Origin: Neodothiora populina
Lineage: Eukaryota
Length of the DNA stretch: 64,000 nt
Reading direction: 5' to 3'
Assembly (NCBI RefSeq): GCF_041146345.1
Contig: NW_027191415.1
Span: 868,001-932,000, forward strand
This document shows positions 45,796-59,315 of the stretch, piece after piece. A program made the translations under genes and the position numbers. The stretch's first letter is position 1, and each line of letters opens with the position of its first letter. A model generated the notes under the pieces. The model was given only the letters and a program-made list of their open reading frames with translations. It made no database searches and was not told the origin of the DNA.

Positions 45796-48700
45796 GATAT
45801 GCTTTTTTGAAAGATGACAGTGACTGGAGATACGGCACGGGAGCGGAGAAGGCAGTCGAAGCTGCGGGTATCCGTCAATGTGTTCCTTCGGGGCTGATCC
45901 CAACCAGCTGGCGCCTCTCTGATGTATAGAGGATGTAGATGGGATGCGTGGGATGCAAGGTTGACAGACTATAGGCTCAAAACGGTCGCAGATAGCTTTG
46001 AATGGCGCGCGTGGGCGAATCTATGTGGGTGAAGTGTGTGTGTCGCAAGAGAGTGTGTGCGTGTGCTGCCCACCCAGTACCAAGTGCTGCGGAGAAAGCT
46101 GCTGAGCAGAAACAGTGGCCCGGCAGCGGGTTCGCAGCAGAGTGGGTAGCGGTCGATGCCAGAAATGGAAATGCAAATGCAAGCTGGGTGCAAGCTGGGT
46201 GCAAAAGCAGCAGATATGCAAGCAAGCAAGGCAGGAGCCAAATGCAGGTTTCGGCGAGAGCGATGGATGCTTGTGCCTGCCTGCCTGTCGCTCCGTGGTG
46301 GCTCGTTCCTGATGAGCAGAGAGCAACGGCAGTAGTTCAAGCAGTAACAGCAGACGCAGCGCTCAGTCGGGTACGAATGGATGGAGTTGATACGGCGGAT
46401 GGAGAGGGCGAGCCGCTGCAGCGGTGCGATGTAAGCAGGGACAAGTCAAGGATGTTCTCATTCCAGATCCCAGAGATAGACCTGTGCGACGCTCGCTTGC
46501 GTTCATTTATGCGACAACCATGCTGTCGGGCTCCTGCTGGCCGGTCGTATCAACTGGGTGTTATTTTATTCGGCCAGTCCTTTTTCATCCCAGAGATCTG
46601 CAAGTCAGTCGTCTTGGTAAAGGTCCCTAGACAGGTGCAGGTCCCTCAGCAGCTGGGTAGTATGCAGGCGGCGCCCCAGCGGAACGATGCGGCAACAGCC
46701 ACTAGTACGCCTCAGGCGAAGACGCAGGACATGCACAAGTACGAGCGCAGGTACTAGGACGGATTGGCGACCAGAGTGGGACTGGATGCTGTTGTGATGG
46801 ACAGGAAAAGAATGGAAAGGCGGTATGGCGAAAAGAGTGCCTGGATTGCTGTTGCAGCTGCACGACAACAGCCGCGACGCAGCCAATTATGCAGCTTTCG
46901 TGTCGCGGGCGTTTTACCCCCCCGGCAAACCTAGAATCACACATAGATTACAAGATCTAGTCTGGAAAAGGTTGGAAGTCTGAACTTCCAGCTTATTTTG
47001 TCTTGGAAATCGATACAGTAAAGTCATGATAGACGACGGGGATGCATTGGGACCACAAGTGACTCGATAGTACCTGCCTAGTGTAGAGACACTTACTACA
47101 GGGTAGCTGCGCGGTGGTCTACAGAATACCTTCACCTCCCACTATTGTCCATATCGGTAGTGATACTGGTGGTGCTACCCAGCATTATTATCTATGCTGC
47201 TTTCCGCTGATTATCACTACCTCATGCTTCATGACTCAAGTCTGGGACTGATATCTGCCCAGTCATGTACTGCAATGTATCATGTGAACAAGGCTACAGT
47301 ACCGTAAAGCACAGCAAGTAAGCCGAGGGAAGGTACTGCTGTATAAGGTATTGCTGTACTCTATCTTAGCAGGCTTCGTGCATGTCAACGACATGGATGT
47401 AAACTTCTCATTACTGCACTTGGATGCTATTGTAATGCCATGCTGCCACTGTGCTGTCAACATTCTATATTGGCTGTGCCTTACGTGTCCCCAGCAATCG
47501 TCGTCCGATCCAGTAGTCTGCTACTCGACTGTGTCGGCGTGCGGGCTCAGCTCATTTCTTCCCACCACTCTCCGTTCTTCTTGTCCTAGTCCTTACCGAT
47601 GAGCTGGTAGCTTCTCACGTCGTCCGCCATAATAGACGCTTGATCGCGTGCCAGTACGATCGAGCCATGCAAGCTGCTGCGTCTGCTGACTCCTGGGTGG
47701 CCAGGAAAACGTCACGACACGGCCTGTAGTTACACTGGCGCGGCCGCTGTCACCGCTTCTTGTCTCTCATTAGATAAGTTTGTCCAATCATCGTGCACCC
47801 ACTCCACCTCCTGCAACGTGGTACAGAGATCACTTTGGTGTTGTATCACGTGGGAAAGCTCTTGCTCGTGTCTGTCGTGTGTCCCTGTCGTATGACTGCA
47901 TCAAGGATCTATTCAATCTATTTCTAGGTCCAGATTGCCCGATCCGGCTTCCTCGATTCTCAGGTCCGCTCGATATGCATAATCTATCGCCGCATCGGTG
48001 AGAGGCGGCTACAGTATGCAAGGACCGTATGCTTTCCATCCATGGCACCGGGCTCGACTTGTTATCCAAATGGCGTCATGAGTAGAGCCAGGGAAGAACG
48101 ACAGACATGGTTGTCCGGTGCACACAGGCATTGGTTGCATCGTCTTTGTACTCAACGCAGATCTTGTACGAGTCCTTTTCGCCAGAGTGGTCCGTTGATC
48201 TTGCTAAGACCCATTCCGGTTATTTGACATTCCCGCGAAAACACTCTGTTGGTGTCCTGGGAAAGTCGCATCGTCCTAAAGAGCCGTACAAATCTTCCTT
48301 ACCATCCTAATTTACGCGGAGATCTGGCCATCTCACTGCTCCTCCCCCACGGTCCTATTCGTAAGTGCTCGATCGTTAATACGACACCCTACCCCTGAAC
48401 CGTCAGCTGCCACAGCCCAAGCGCGCCTACAAATCAGCGTCTATGGTCCACACCCAAGGCAGAGAAACGCCGCAGATCTGTCGCCACTGACGGTCGTGCA
48501 TGATGGTGTCATGCACTGCATTTGTGTCGAGCACAGTCCAAGTAATTCTTTCTTCCAATACGGCTGTGAGCGGCTCTGTGGATGTTCTGTGACAGGCGCT
48601 TTTACCACTTTTACCAAATCAGTACTCCTGGAAACGTGTGTCGTCAATAGCCGCACATTCTCATGCCGCCAGGGATGCCCGGGACGGCGTCCAAAACCGA

Positions 48701-49997
48701 GCGCTTGCATAATTGGAACGCCTGCACTACAGCGTCTCTTGGGAACAGGCTCCACGAGCGCAAGATGCACACTCGCCAACGGGCAGAGCACCTTTGTGAT
48801 CTTTGGCGAAGGGTAGGAGATGTACGACACCTCTGAATAGATCGGACAAACGTCTTGGGTAGGTTCAGCTAAGGTTCAGCGTTCGTCGAACAGCAGGCAG
48901 AGCGTCGATGCTGCATGGTCGAAGCGCTAGACTTCATCGCGTCTATTTAGAGAAAAGACGGCGCAGATCTGACGGTGTGGCTGTCCGGTCCACCTACGCC
49001 TCAGCATGTGAGATGGGCTTGTCCTATCGTCCAGCATCGACACTAGCGACCTTGAGAACGCCTTCTGTTCCTGAGCATCTGCGACATTTGTAGCCAAGGC
49101 TTCACTAACCTTGCCAATGTGAAGCTCGAAACAATTCTCCAAGTGCAAGCTCAAGGATCTCTCTTTACGATCTGAGACCACGCCGATCAGAAGCAAAGCC
49201 GGGTCCTCGTACGATAGCATCTCACGAGCCGAATCGCACCGTTATAACATCTATGCAGCCATCTCGCCTCAAACGTACGTAAGGTGTCTTTCCTTGTGGA
49301 GTGTATGCGAACTCGCCGGTTGCCCATTTCGGTTCATGTCCCTCTGGTCGAGTAGGTGGATTCTTTACACACTATATCGTTACCGCTCTATGTCTTGATT
49401 ACAGCTTCTTCCAGCAAGCCTTGGATTCCGGCTACTGTACAGCGACACATTCCGAAGGACTGTAGAACGTCCTTGTGACAAAAGCTAAGCATAAGCCATT
49501 GGCGAAAACTGTCTGGGGTGTTGAGTCCTCCTTCTACTACTCCGGAGTGTGACGCTGGGTGTTCTGAGAAGTGCTCGCCCAGCCATAAGGGGAAGGGGTG
49601 GGAGGGAATTGTATGTGTCGACTTCTTAGTGAGCTCCCGCAATCTTCTCGAATGATGATGATATCTCATTTCACCATATGAGTGACTTGGGAGTTGCAAA
49701 TTTAGCATGTATGAAAATAAAGATACAGAGGTTGAGCAAATGTTCGTAAATTCGTTGTTATCATATTAAATCAGATCGCCTTGCTTCACAGATGGACTCT
49801 CATTGTCCGCTTCTGAGATTGATGCATCCAAGAAGTCTTCCGCTTGTGCACCATGATGCTCTTCAATCAAAGCGCCCCTGCGAGTACTTGTTTGCCTGCC
49901 AGGATGATATGCTCGTTGCATTTGTTTGATCTAGGATGACTGCTATGTTGGAAGACACTTGAATCGCAAGCATAATCCTCAAATAGATCGACATTAA

Positions 49998-52146
49998 TCA
50001 TCTGTGTATCGCTAGCTGAGAACTTGGACTGATGGTGCAAAGCTGGCCTGTGAGAAGCGCGGCGGACCATATGAGCACATGAAGACCAGTCGTCCATAGC
50101 GTTGTGCTCAGCCGAGTGTTTGGCCAGAAGTCGAGCATCGAAAGCATCACCAAGGGATAGAACAGGAACGGCCTTGCAGCATATGGCGAACAAGGCCAAC
50201 TTAGTGTCAAGAGCTTCAAGCAGAAGGCGACCGCCTTGCAGATGTGGACGACATGAGGAATCTCCAAGGTATACACGGCCTTCTCCCGCATAGTAAGTGG
50301 GGGTGGCATGATCAGCCGGGTGCTCTGAAGAACTTCGCTTCCATGCTTTTCTGTCTCGACCGGATTTTCGGCTTTCCAAGAAGAACGGGTGACAACACCT
50401 GATCGATCTGTTGAAGTAGCATTTTCTGAAAAGCTCTCTCGCAGTCTCGAAGCTGGTGCTGGTATGAGTTCCCCGGATGACTGGTGCCTTCCAACAGGTG
50501 TTAACGACGGACGCGGTTCTGCGGGAGGACGCCTGATTCGCGAGTCGGTGGGAAGTTTCCTGCTTGGTGTGTCCACTGAGGTTATTCTTGGCTCAGGCTC
50601 GATCGGCTCAGTCATCTGATGAGCAGGGACATCGATATCGCCTCCGGCTTTGATCGCCTGTAAAATCTGACCTGTACTAGGCCTCTTGGCAGGATCGGGA
50701 CTGAGTAGTCGTTTGAGGAAACTGTACAGACGCTCGGGCAGATCGGTGCGGGTCCTGATCGATTCGTCGAAGCCGTTCCACCTAGACACTTCAAGCCTCA
50801 ATTGGTCTATGTCTTCATTCTCATCATTGAGCTCGTCTGCACTCGCATACGGCAGGTGCCCAAAGCACATGAAATACACAATCATGCCCAGAGAGAATAT
50901 GTCAGATTTCGTGGAGAAATTGCCGAACTCGCCATCAGGAGTCTCCCGCTTCAAGACCTCAGGCGCACAATACGAGATTGTGCCTGTAGCACCGGTGGAT
51001 GCTCTCTTAGCGCTGGTCGTCTGGACTTCGCCAAAGTCAGATACGTGCACGGTCAGCTTCTGGCCTACCTTGTGTAGGAGACAATTTGACGGCTTAAGAT
51101 CCCGGTGGATGTAATTGTTCTTGTGAAGATGATGTAGGCCGGACGTTATATCGCGGAAGAAGGAGAAAATCTCATCGAACTGCATCTTTCGTGGTGCCGG
51201 AATATTTGGTGGCATCTCTGAATGGCCTCTGGATTTACGTCTCAATCTCTCTTTGAGCTCCATTGGCTCCAGACTTGTCTTAACAGGCCTAAGAACATGA
51301 TCATGTAGGTCGCCTGCATTGCAATACTGTTGAAGTATGAATATGCAAGGCACACTTGGGCCAAAGTTCGTGATCTGCGCATCCTCCAGCCATACATGGC
51401 GATAGGAGACTAGATTGGGGTGATCCAGCCGTTGAAGGAGTTGAACCTCGACCAATACTTTCTCAAGCCAGTCGTGGTCGTTGCCGACTGGAATACGCTT
51501 GCAAGCAAATTCCCCGAGGGACACGCGATCTAGAACGTGTTCGACGAGCAGGACGACACCTCGACCACCGCGACCCAACTCGCGCTTCTCAACAAAGAAG
51601 CTTTTAAAGTAGTTCGGGGCAAAGCTCGAACCTTGAATCCCGTGCTCAGCCGATGCTGGTGGTGCAGTCGGGGCGGTGCTTGTGAAATCTGCGTTCGCTG
51701 GCACCCTTTGTGCTGATGCAGTATCATCACGACTATCCTCACCGTGTGATGCGTTGAGCTGTTTGAAAGGAGATGGCGGTCTTGATGGATTGGGTGAAGC
51801 AGGAATACTACGAGCCAACATGCGAAAGTATTCGGGATTCACGAAAGTATCCTCATGGTTCAATGGAGCATCATCCTCGTGAGTATCGAATTCGGACGAG
51901 TCTGCTTTCATCGGCCGATGACACCATGGGCATTCTTGAGGATTTGGGTAGTCGTCAGGTTCCCTACGTAGGGATAGCTCCCTCGACTGAGGGTCGTAAA
52001 CAACGACCGAGCTGCCATGACGTCTGAGGTACTAATTAGTATCACAATAACGGCACAAGGTAAAGAGTGCCATACAGCACAACTTCTCTCGAATCAGACG
52101 GATATGGGATTAGCGACAGCTGCCCTTGCGGGTCACTACTGGCCAT
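49998..52146 (-). CDS. IKS1: Ser/Thr protein kinase, IKS1 family; exons 52146-52076 and 52023-49998
   Basis: N-terminus SLIPY...REVVLRHGSSVVVYDPQSRELSLR...CPWCHRP; YFRML; ELGRGGRGVV; FACKRIPVG; HRDLKPSN; SDFGE; TGATGTISYCAPE; hydrophobic C-terminal segments. Confidence 0.88.
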
Positions 52147-52729
52147 GTGTTTGGGGCAGCTGGGTGTGTCAGAGAATGCCTGTTAGTAAGGTGCTCGGAG
52201 TAGTGTATCATGCGCTTCAACTCGGAGGAGACACCTCGGTTACATAGAGTAGGAGAGTTGTCGCTGATGATAAGGCTCGACGACACTTCCCACAAATTCA
52301 ATACCTGGAACCTTCAGGCTTCGAGTGGCACACGATGTATAGTGCGGCAGTGTAGTTGTGGAGTTCAGGAGCTGCGACGAAAGGCACGAATGTGATTTAA
52401 GGCATGTCAGCTGAACACGGTACTGTACCTTAGCGACGGAAGCTGGATTCCGATATGAGCACGGATCACAGGTATATGCTGTATGTTCAAAGAGAACAAT
52501 CAAAGTATGACATTGCTGTCACTTCTGAGCTCAAGACTACTGTACTTCTAACTTTCGGATTACTTGAGATCTCGTACAATATATTTCATACATGTATTTA
52601 TTAACGACGTGCTGTATTTTGCTATTGCCTCAGGTTTGATCAACCGGAGGTCCGTTTCTAAGCTGTAAGGGTATCATAGTAATCAGAGGACGCGCATCGT
52701 GCTCCAAATGCATCTGTAATTCTCATCCC

Positions 52730-53885
52730 TTATGCGCCTGCACCAGCGACACGCATGGCCGAGACTGTACTGACCGCAGGATCAGAACCACCGACGTCCT
52801 GGCCTATAAAAACACCGAGACCGGAAAAGGCTTCGCAAAGAGCGCGAGAATAGAACTCCTGAGGATTGTAGCCACCGGCACGATATGTAGAATCCGTCTT
52901 GAGATTGTCCAGCCAGTCCCATTCGTAATCGTTTTGTAGTGTGTAATATGTTTTTGTCGAATAGGACAGCCCGCCGAATGCATCGAATGGAGCTTCTGGA
53001 CCAGGCTCCCTCCTCGTCTTGAGACCTTTGATCATGAAACTGCTGCTGCCATTGAGGCCATCCTTGGCCCCGTCTGCAGTTGCATTCAGCTGCTTCTGAC
53101 GCTCGACAGCGGTACGCTTGTCAAGACGCTTCTTGAGCGTAATGCGTTGACCCTCTTCGGCGATGGTACCCGCATCACCTGTACCAGTGGCAAGTCGGTT
53201 TATGATAGCCTGTTTGCCCTCGACCTTGGCTCTGCGTTCCTCCTCTTCCTCACGCCGTGCAGCGTCTCTGCGCAGGCGCGACTGCTCTCTCTCCGCAGCT
53301 TGTAGCGCAGAGTAATCCTGTGTCTCTTGAGAGGCAAGAGCTGCATTCGCAGTGATGGCTCTGGTGTTTTGTTCGGCATACGCTGCCATCCTGCGCTCTG
53401 TGGCCTCGACATCTACTTTGTTGATGAAGTTGAACGTCATGTCCTCGACTTCGTTCAGGTAGTTATTGTAGTCAAGCAGCGAATCAAACTCATCCTCCCG
53501 TCTGTTGAACACGGCAGCGACTCGCTTTCTGATGTCAACTTCTCTTTCGACTTGAACATCCTCAAAGGTCTGTACTCGAAAGCGGTGTTTGCGCAAAGTT
53601 CTGTTGCATCCAGCGATGGGGCACTTGTTTGGTCCGTGGGAGAATATACGATCCACACAAGACTCGCACATCTTGTGGTAGCATTCTGGATTCACAAGAA
53701 ATCGCATGGACTTGTTGAGATAACGCGACGATTTACATACAGGACAGATGTCTAGTTCACACAGGTTAGCATTAAGAAGCTATTAGTTGGTATTTATCAC
53801 ATCGGTATGACGGGAGCAGCTCACCATCTTGTTCGCCTTGTCGCGATGCAGCAGCTGCTCCGCCTGAAGATGCAAGGCGAGACAT
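52730..53885 (-). CDS. TFB3: TFIIH/CAK assembly factor Tfb3/MAT1 (RING finger); exons 53885-53825 and 53751-52730
   Basis: DICPVCKSSRYLN...NPECYHKMCESCVDRIF...CPIAGC; FEDVQVEREVDIRKR; YNNYLNEVEDM; AGGY...RALCEAFSGL. Confidence 0.95.
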
Positions 53886-54224
53886 GCTTCGTGTTGGCAA
53901 GATGGTGAGCCACTGATGAAGAGTATCGGACTGATGATTAACTACTGAGTAAGTGGTGTTCTAAACTGATAGAGAGGCCTCGTGAATGGAGATGGAGATG
54001 GGTGCCTTAGTAAGCCCTCGGCAGTCCCCCCGAAGTCCTGATGCACGGCTGCCTGGATCTCGGTGATACAGTGGAGTTAACGCTACTCGTCCGCGTTCTG
54101 TAGTAAAAGCTTCTAGAAAGAAGTTACTAGTTGGAACATTCTTTCTTCGCCTTTCTTTGGAGTGCTACCTGATCGATAGGACAGGAATTGCGTCCTCATA
54201 TTGTCTAGCAGAATCACCGACATC

Positions 54225-56196
54225 ATGTCGAGTTTGGACCAATTGGAACTGCAGCGACTGCAATTGGAGGAGACAGTGGCACAACTGCGCAAATCTCTAC
54301 AACATTGGCGCACATGGGACGCTGAATATGAAGGCCTGAAGGAAGAGCTGATGCGTTCGAACAGTGTTCGTTCTGCTCAAGATTGCGTAGGTTTAGGATA
54401 TGTGTTGCTGTATTCGAATACTAGTCTTACGATGAGCAGACTCGCCTTAGTGACAATTTGGGTGGCGAACTTGTGAACGAGCAGGGTAACAGATATCAGT
54501 CCACATAAGTGCGAGAGAAGTGCTGATGTTTGGATAGAGATTCGTGAGCTTTATAATGTGGGAAAGGGGCAGATCAGGAGTAATGACCAGGTCTCCAGTC
54601 TCATTGATCGCAGACAAGATTGTACGCGACTTTGCGAAATGTTTGTCCGTAACCCAGCTAATAATCTTTCCTAGATGTTCAGCAGAACATCAATACCATT
54701 TCCAAGCGACTCCGATCGTCCGAGGATCGTCTTGAACAGATAATCGAGGAACAGAATCAAGGAGATGATCAGGGCGAACAAGGGCTGCCACTGACAGAGA
54801 TTCTCGAGGAACTGGATGATGATGGAAATGTTATTTGTAGGTCTTTGCCTCACTGCATTACTGGGGAGTGTCTAATATCAAGGGTATAGCCTCAAAAATC
54901 TCACAGCCAGAAAGTGCCACAGCTCAAATCGTTGAGACACTACGTAAAGTCGGACTTGCGGATCTCGATCCAGATCAGCGGGAGAGCGTTTCCGCTCAGG
55001 ATACTCTCAAAACCGCTTCTTCTAACAATTCCAAGGCTACCGTTGCGCCGTCTTCTTCAATCCCTCAAACGACAGAACAGAGCAAACCGAAAGGAAGCAA
55101 AAAGTCCGTCAAGTTCCAAGACGTCGAAGATGAGGCCAGTAACTCTGACGACAAGCCTGCTCCCGCCGTGAAAAGCGTAGCACCAACGCCGAATCCATCC
55201 TTGATAGCAGGCTCCTTCAACAGCAACGATCGCATCATCGAGCTGGACGACGACGACGAAATGATCGGCATGACTCCTGTCATCCCCGAGGACGAGGCTC
55301 CCGAGGATGCCCAGACGAGACGTGAAATGCTGCAATACAGCCTCAACGAGGTTGGCTCCGTCGTCGCAGAATTGGATCTCGACGAGGGATTCTCCGACGA
55401 CGATGACGATGACGATGACGAGATAGACTTGGACGACTTGGCGTCCAACAGCGAGGTATCCGAGGACGAAGACGAGCACGGCAGGTCCCTACATAAAGGC
55501 GTCAAGAAGGGCTACCGACAGCAAATGCTCGAGCTCGAGGAGAGGCTTATGGCACGAATGCTGGAGAATGTCGGGCCCGAGCCGGACGAGACCAATCCCT
55601 TCATAGACCCAGAAGAACTGCGCAAAGTCGTTGTCAAAGCGGACAGCGAGATGCCATCATCAAAACAGAGCACTTCGTCGTCCAAGAAGGGAGTGCGTTT
55701 CGCTGACGACTTGGACATACAAGACCCTCCCAGCGCTGGGCAGCAGCAGCAGAAACCAGCAAACGAAACGGTAGTAGCCCCGCAAATCGAGTCACCCATT
55801 TCCGACAGTGTCCTAGAACGCAAACCTGCAATCAGCGCCTCGGCGCAGCCCGAGAAGAAAAACGGCCGCGTTTCACGATCCAAGCAGGCGCGGGCAGAGC
55901 AGACGCCATCCACAGACGGGTCAGACATCAAGCCCGAGGCTCGCCCGATTCTGTCGAATTCAGTCGTCGAGCGACCTGTTGCTCCTAGCTCGGCCTCGGC
56001 TCCCGATACCAAGGACGAACTGGACCCGGAGATCCAACAGAGGCAGCTCACTTCGGAGTACTACAGGATGAGAAACAACTTGATACGGCAGCAGGGCGGC
56101 TTCAAGATGACAGACGAAAATGGCGAAATGATGGAGGAAACAGCGGACGGCAAAGTGAAGAAGGTGAGCATGTTTAAAGCTGCGCGGTTGAGGTAG
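54225..56196 (+). CDS. BUD27: Unconventional prefoldin RPB5 interactor (Bud27/URI); exons 54225-54386, 54440-54485, 54538-54621, 54675-54836, 54890-56196
   Basis: LRKSLQHWRTWDAEYEGLKEE (prefoldin helix); RRQDYVQQNI; GLPLTEILEELDDDGNVI; acidic middle; KKGVRFA; C-terminal KKVSMFKAAR (URI-box-like). Confidence 0.82.
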
Positions 56197-56360
56197 TCGG
56201 TCGACAAGCACTAGCGAGCAAGCAAGCAAAACATAATATGAAGCATATAAATGGTGCCGGCTTAGCATGCATATGACCCCAGTTATTTTCATCGCCAGTC
56301 TTCCCAAACACCGTGCAGTAGTTTCGTAGACAAAATCCAACCGCAATCACCGCAACCCGC

Positions 56361-58100
56361 TCAATGCTTCTCCGCGTCGCCAACAGTATACCCTCGCGCA
56401 ACGCCCGAGCGACCCTCCTCCATCTGCGCGCCCTGCATCTTACCCTCGTCATCAAACTCATAAGCAATCTCGTAATCAGTGCCCAAGCCCTGCCAAGTGC
56501 GCTGCGTGCGCAGATACTGAGCTCCGAGCGAGACCTCGCCACCGATCTGGGCCAGGTCGCCGTTCGCGCGCTTGATCAAGCTGGTGGGAGCACCGTTGGT
56601 GTTGGATTTAGTGTTCGACGAGCGCGCCATGGGCCGCGTCTGAGAGAGGTAGCGGCCGGTTCGCAGATCGAAGACTGGTGGCTCGGATTCTTCCTCGCTG
56701 TCTTCGTCCACGGCATCCTGGCCCTGCGTGTCGTTGTCGTCGTTGGCAGATCCATCTGCTTGTTGGGCGGCGGCGGCGGCGGCTGCGTCGCGAGACTCTT
56801 CCTTGGTGATCAAAGCTTGGAAATTACTGTTCCACTCGCCGGTCCATATCCTCTCGTTCTCATGCGTCAAGGCCAGCTCGAGCTCAAAGGGGGTGATGAT
56901 TGGCTTCCAGAAGTCCTTGCTCTCGATCAGACTGCTTTCCCAACAGCCGATGACGACCCAGCCGTCGACCTCGGAGAAATTGGCCACTTTCGCCGCGTTG
57001 ACTTTGCCGACGACGAAAGTGTAGGCCTTTTTGCCGGCGCGCGAGATGAGCTTTTGGACATGGGCGAGTGCGTGCATGTAGTTTTTGACGGAGAGCGTGT
57101 TGATCAAGATGCCGAATACAGAGGCCGTGCTGAGTCTTGTTACTAAAGCATATCTTCGCCGCAGAGTCTGAGCTGTTGAAGCGGACACAACTTCCGACGG
57201 GCTCGAGGTCTCTGAAGTGGTGGGGTAGATATAGATGGAAAATAAGCGAGAGCTGATGTTCAGCAACAGCGAAGTAGGAGGATCGGAGATGTGGAAGAGT
57301 GAGTATGCTTGCAGAGCAGCAGGATCCGACTCCACTTCGTGCGGAACACTTCGATTGGGTAAGGGCGAGGACGGGTCGTGAAGTATAGAAGTCGCGAAGA
57401 CGTCCGTGTAACCTGCATTGCGAAGCTCGGAGTGCACGCTTTCAACGTGAGATGCATATGGGATATCTGCCATCAGGACGACCTTTGAAGAAGTGTCTGG
57501 AAAGGTTGATTTGAATGATTGGACGACAGGCTCTATCTCCAGAGGTCTGGAGGTGAAGACATATATGACAGGTAACCGAGCAGTAGGAGACAGACAGGTG
57601 CGTCCATAGTGCACGACAACATCGGCATCCGTGTGCTCGGCAGCAAGCTCGTCAACACAACAAGCGCCATAAGAGGTATCGGCAAGGATGCAGAGTCTCT
57701 CGACAGGGTCTTGCGATACATCTCCGGCCTTGTCTGGCTCTTGTAATGATGCCTCTTCCAAGGTCTCGACCAGAGCAGAAGTAGACTCGTCGTCTTGTTT
57801 CTGCTCGTGTTGTCGTTGCTGTGCTTGCGATGCTACCCGCGCCACAGGACTCCTGCCAATCAAATCGTTCTGCAGGGCATCAAAGACCCGCGGAGCATCG
57901 CAGAGCATTTCATCCGGAAACTGCAGAGCCACCCTCTTCCATCTTCCAGTTCGGATTTCATTGACGGTCCTTTTGATCTCATAGGTGAGGTAGAGTTGAT
58001 CGTCGGATAGAGAAGGCAGTGACGATGTGTCGATTGGCGGGGTGGGGTCCTCGAAGATGTGCACATCCGGAGTCGAGAGGACAGGTGCAGTAGTTGCCAT
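56361..58100 (-). CDS. DPH2: Diphthamide biosynthesis protein 2; single exon
   Basis: RVALQFPDEML; ILADTSYGACCVDELAAEH; VVHYGRTCLSP; FVVGKVNAAKVANFSE; ITPFEL; RTWQGL; EGRSGVARGY. Confidence 0.95.
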   Translation of the reverse strand: MATTAPVLSTPDVHIFEDPTPPIDTSSLPSLSDDQLYLTYEIKRTVNEIRTGRWKRVALQFPDEMLCDAPRVFDALQNDLIGRSPVARVASQAQQRQHEQKQDDESTSALVETLEEASLQEPDKAGDVSQDPVERLCILADTSYGACCVDELAAEHTDADVVVHYGRTCLSPTARLPVIYVFTSRPLEIEPVVQSFKSTFPDTSSKVVLMADIPYASHVESVHSELRNAGYTDVFATSILHDPSSPLPNRSVPHEVESDPAALQAYSLFHISDPPTSLLLNISSRLFSIYIYPTTSETSSPSEVVSASTAQTLRRRYALVTRLSTASVFGILINTLSVKNYMHALAHVQKLISRAGKKAYTFVVGKVNAAKVANFSEVDGWVVIGCWESSLIESKDFWKPIITPFELELALTHENERIWTGEWNSNFQALITKEESRDAAAAAAAQQADGSANDDNDTQGQDAVDEDSEEESEPPVFDLRTGRYLSQTRPMARSSNTKSNTNGAPTSLIKRANGDLAQIGGEVSLGAQYLRTQRTWQGLGTDYEIAYEFDDEGKMQGAQMEEGRSGVARGYTVGDAEKH

Positions 58101-58651
58101 CTTTGTCGCTCACTCTTATGATTGAATCTGGTGTATACCTACTATTGGATTACACGACTTTAATCTTCTCTGGATCTTCTTTTTAACATGAAATGACTCA
58201 AGTCCTCTGACTGATACTTAATCATTAGATACTTTGCGGACCCTCCAAAAAATTAAATTGTTGGATAAAGTCGCCCGACGCGGAGCGGGTCTTGCCGATC
58301 GCCGAACAAACTTCTATCACAGATGCGTGCCAGCGACATCATCAATCTCATCTTTTGTCTGTCACCAATACCCACCCACACCTGGTTGATTTTCTATCTG
58401 ACCTTCTACTGTCTGATAATCGAGGCTTGGCGTTTACTCTGATCTCTACAGCAACACTCGTCTCTGCTCGTCACTCGACCATCGACGACTTTTACACCGA
58501 GTGCGCCACAACTCCTACCTGAGAGCCTTTGCGTGCCGACCGGATTTCATCCCGAGCACGAAAAAGAATCCTTACGCCTCGGTCTCGAATAGGAGACCTC
58601 GGTTCTGCCATCTTTACCATCACGCTTTTCCTTTGAACGCACAACAACATA

Positions 58652-59315
58652 ATGGATCACTCTCGGGATCCCTGCCCATGGGTGGCTCTTAACGACTTCG
58701 GTGGTGCCTTTTGTATGGGTGTAAGTAGCATCTCTGCATGGCTTGCTTTTTGTCAAACTTTCTGACATGATGGATACAGGCGATTGGTGGTGCAGGTACG
58801 CATTTATTTGAGCTCCCAGTCTAGATATTGGATCATGACATACTAAGACCGGCGGCAACAGTGTGGCACGGCGTCAAGGGTTTCAGAAACAGTCCATACG
58901 GCGAGCGAAGGATAGGAGGTACGAGCAGACGCAATCAATCGTCGCCCAACTCGCTACTAACGCGACTCTCACAGCTCTCACCGCAATCAAGGCGCGCGCG
59001 CCCGTCCTCGGCGGCAACTTCGGCGTCTGGGGAGGCATGTTCTCGACGTTCGACTGCGCCGTCAAGGGCATCCGCAAGAAGGAGGATCCGTGGAACGCCA
59101 TCATCGCCGGATTCTTCACCGGAGGCGCCCTTGCCGTGCGTGGCGGCGCAAAGGCCGTCAGGAACGGTGCGATCGGTTGTGCCATCCTTCTCGCCGTCAT
59201 CGAGGGTGTCGGTATCGGTTTCCAGCGCATGATGGCGGAAAACACCCGCCTCGACGTGCCGCCACCGCCCCCTTCGCAACCTTCGGTCGAGTCGGGAAGA
59301 GCCATTGCCGCATAA
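58652..59315 (+). CDS. TIM17: Mitochondrial inner-membrane translocase subunit Tim17; exons 58652-58720, 58780-58795, 58862-58918, 58975-59315
   Basis: [90 protein letters not shown]. Confidence 0.97.

Noticed and set aside
48441..49220. A-to-I editing rescue of premature stops in the interrupted ORF
   Set aside because: The frame has both a TAG and a TGA stop and no homologue is recognisable to show Trp at these positions, so there is no support.
51960..52000. Apparent frameshift in the IKS1 N-terminus
   Set aside because: Re-reading gives TCG AGG GAG CTA, in frame. The ORF track starts late only because of the intron at 52024-52075.
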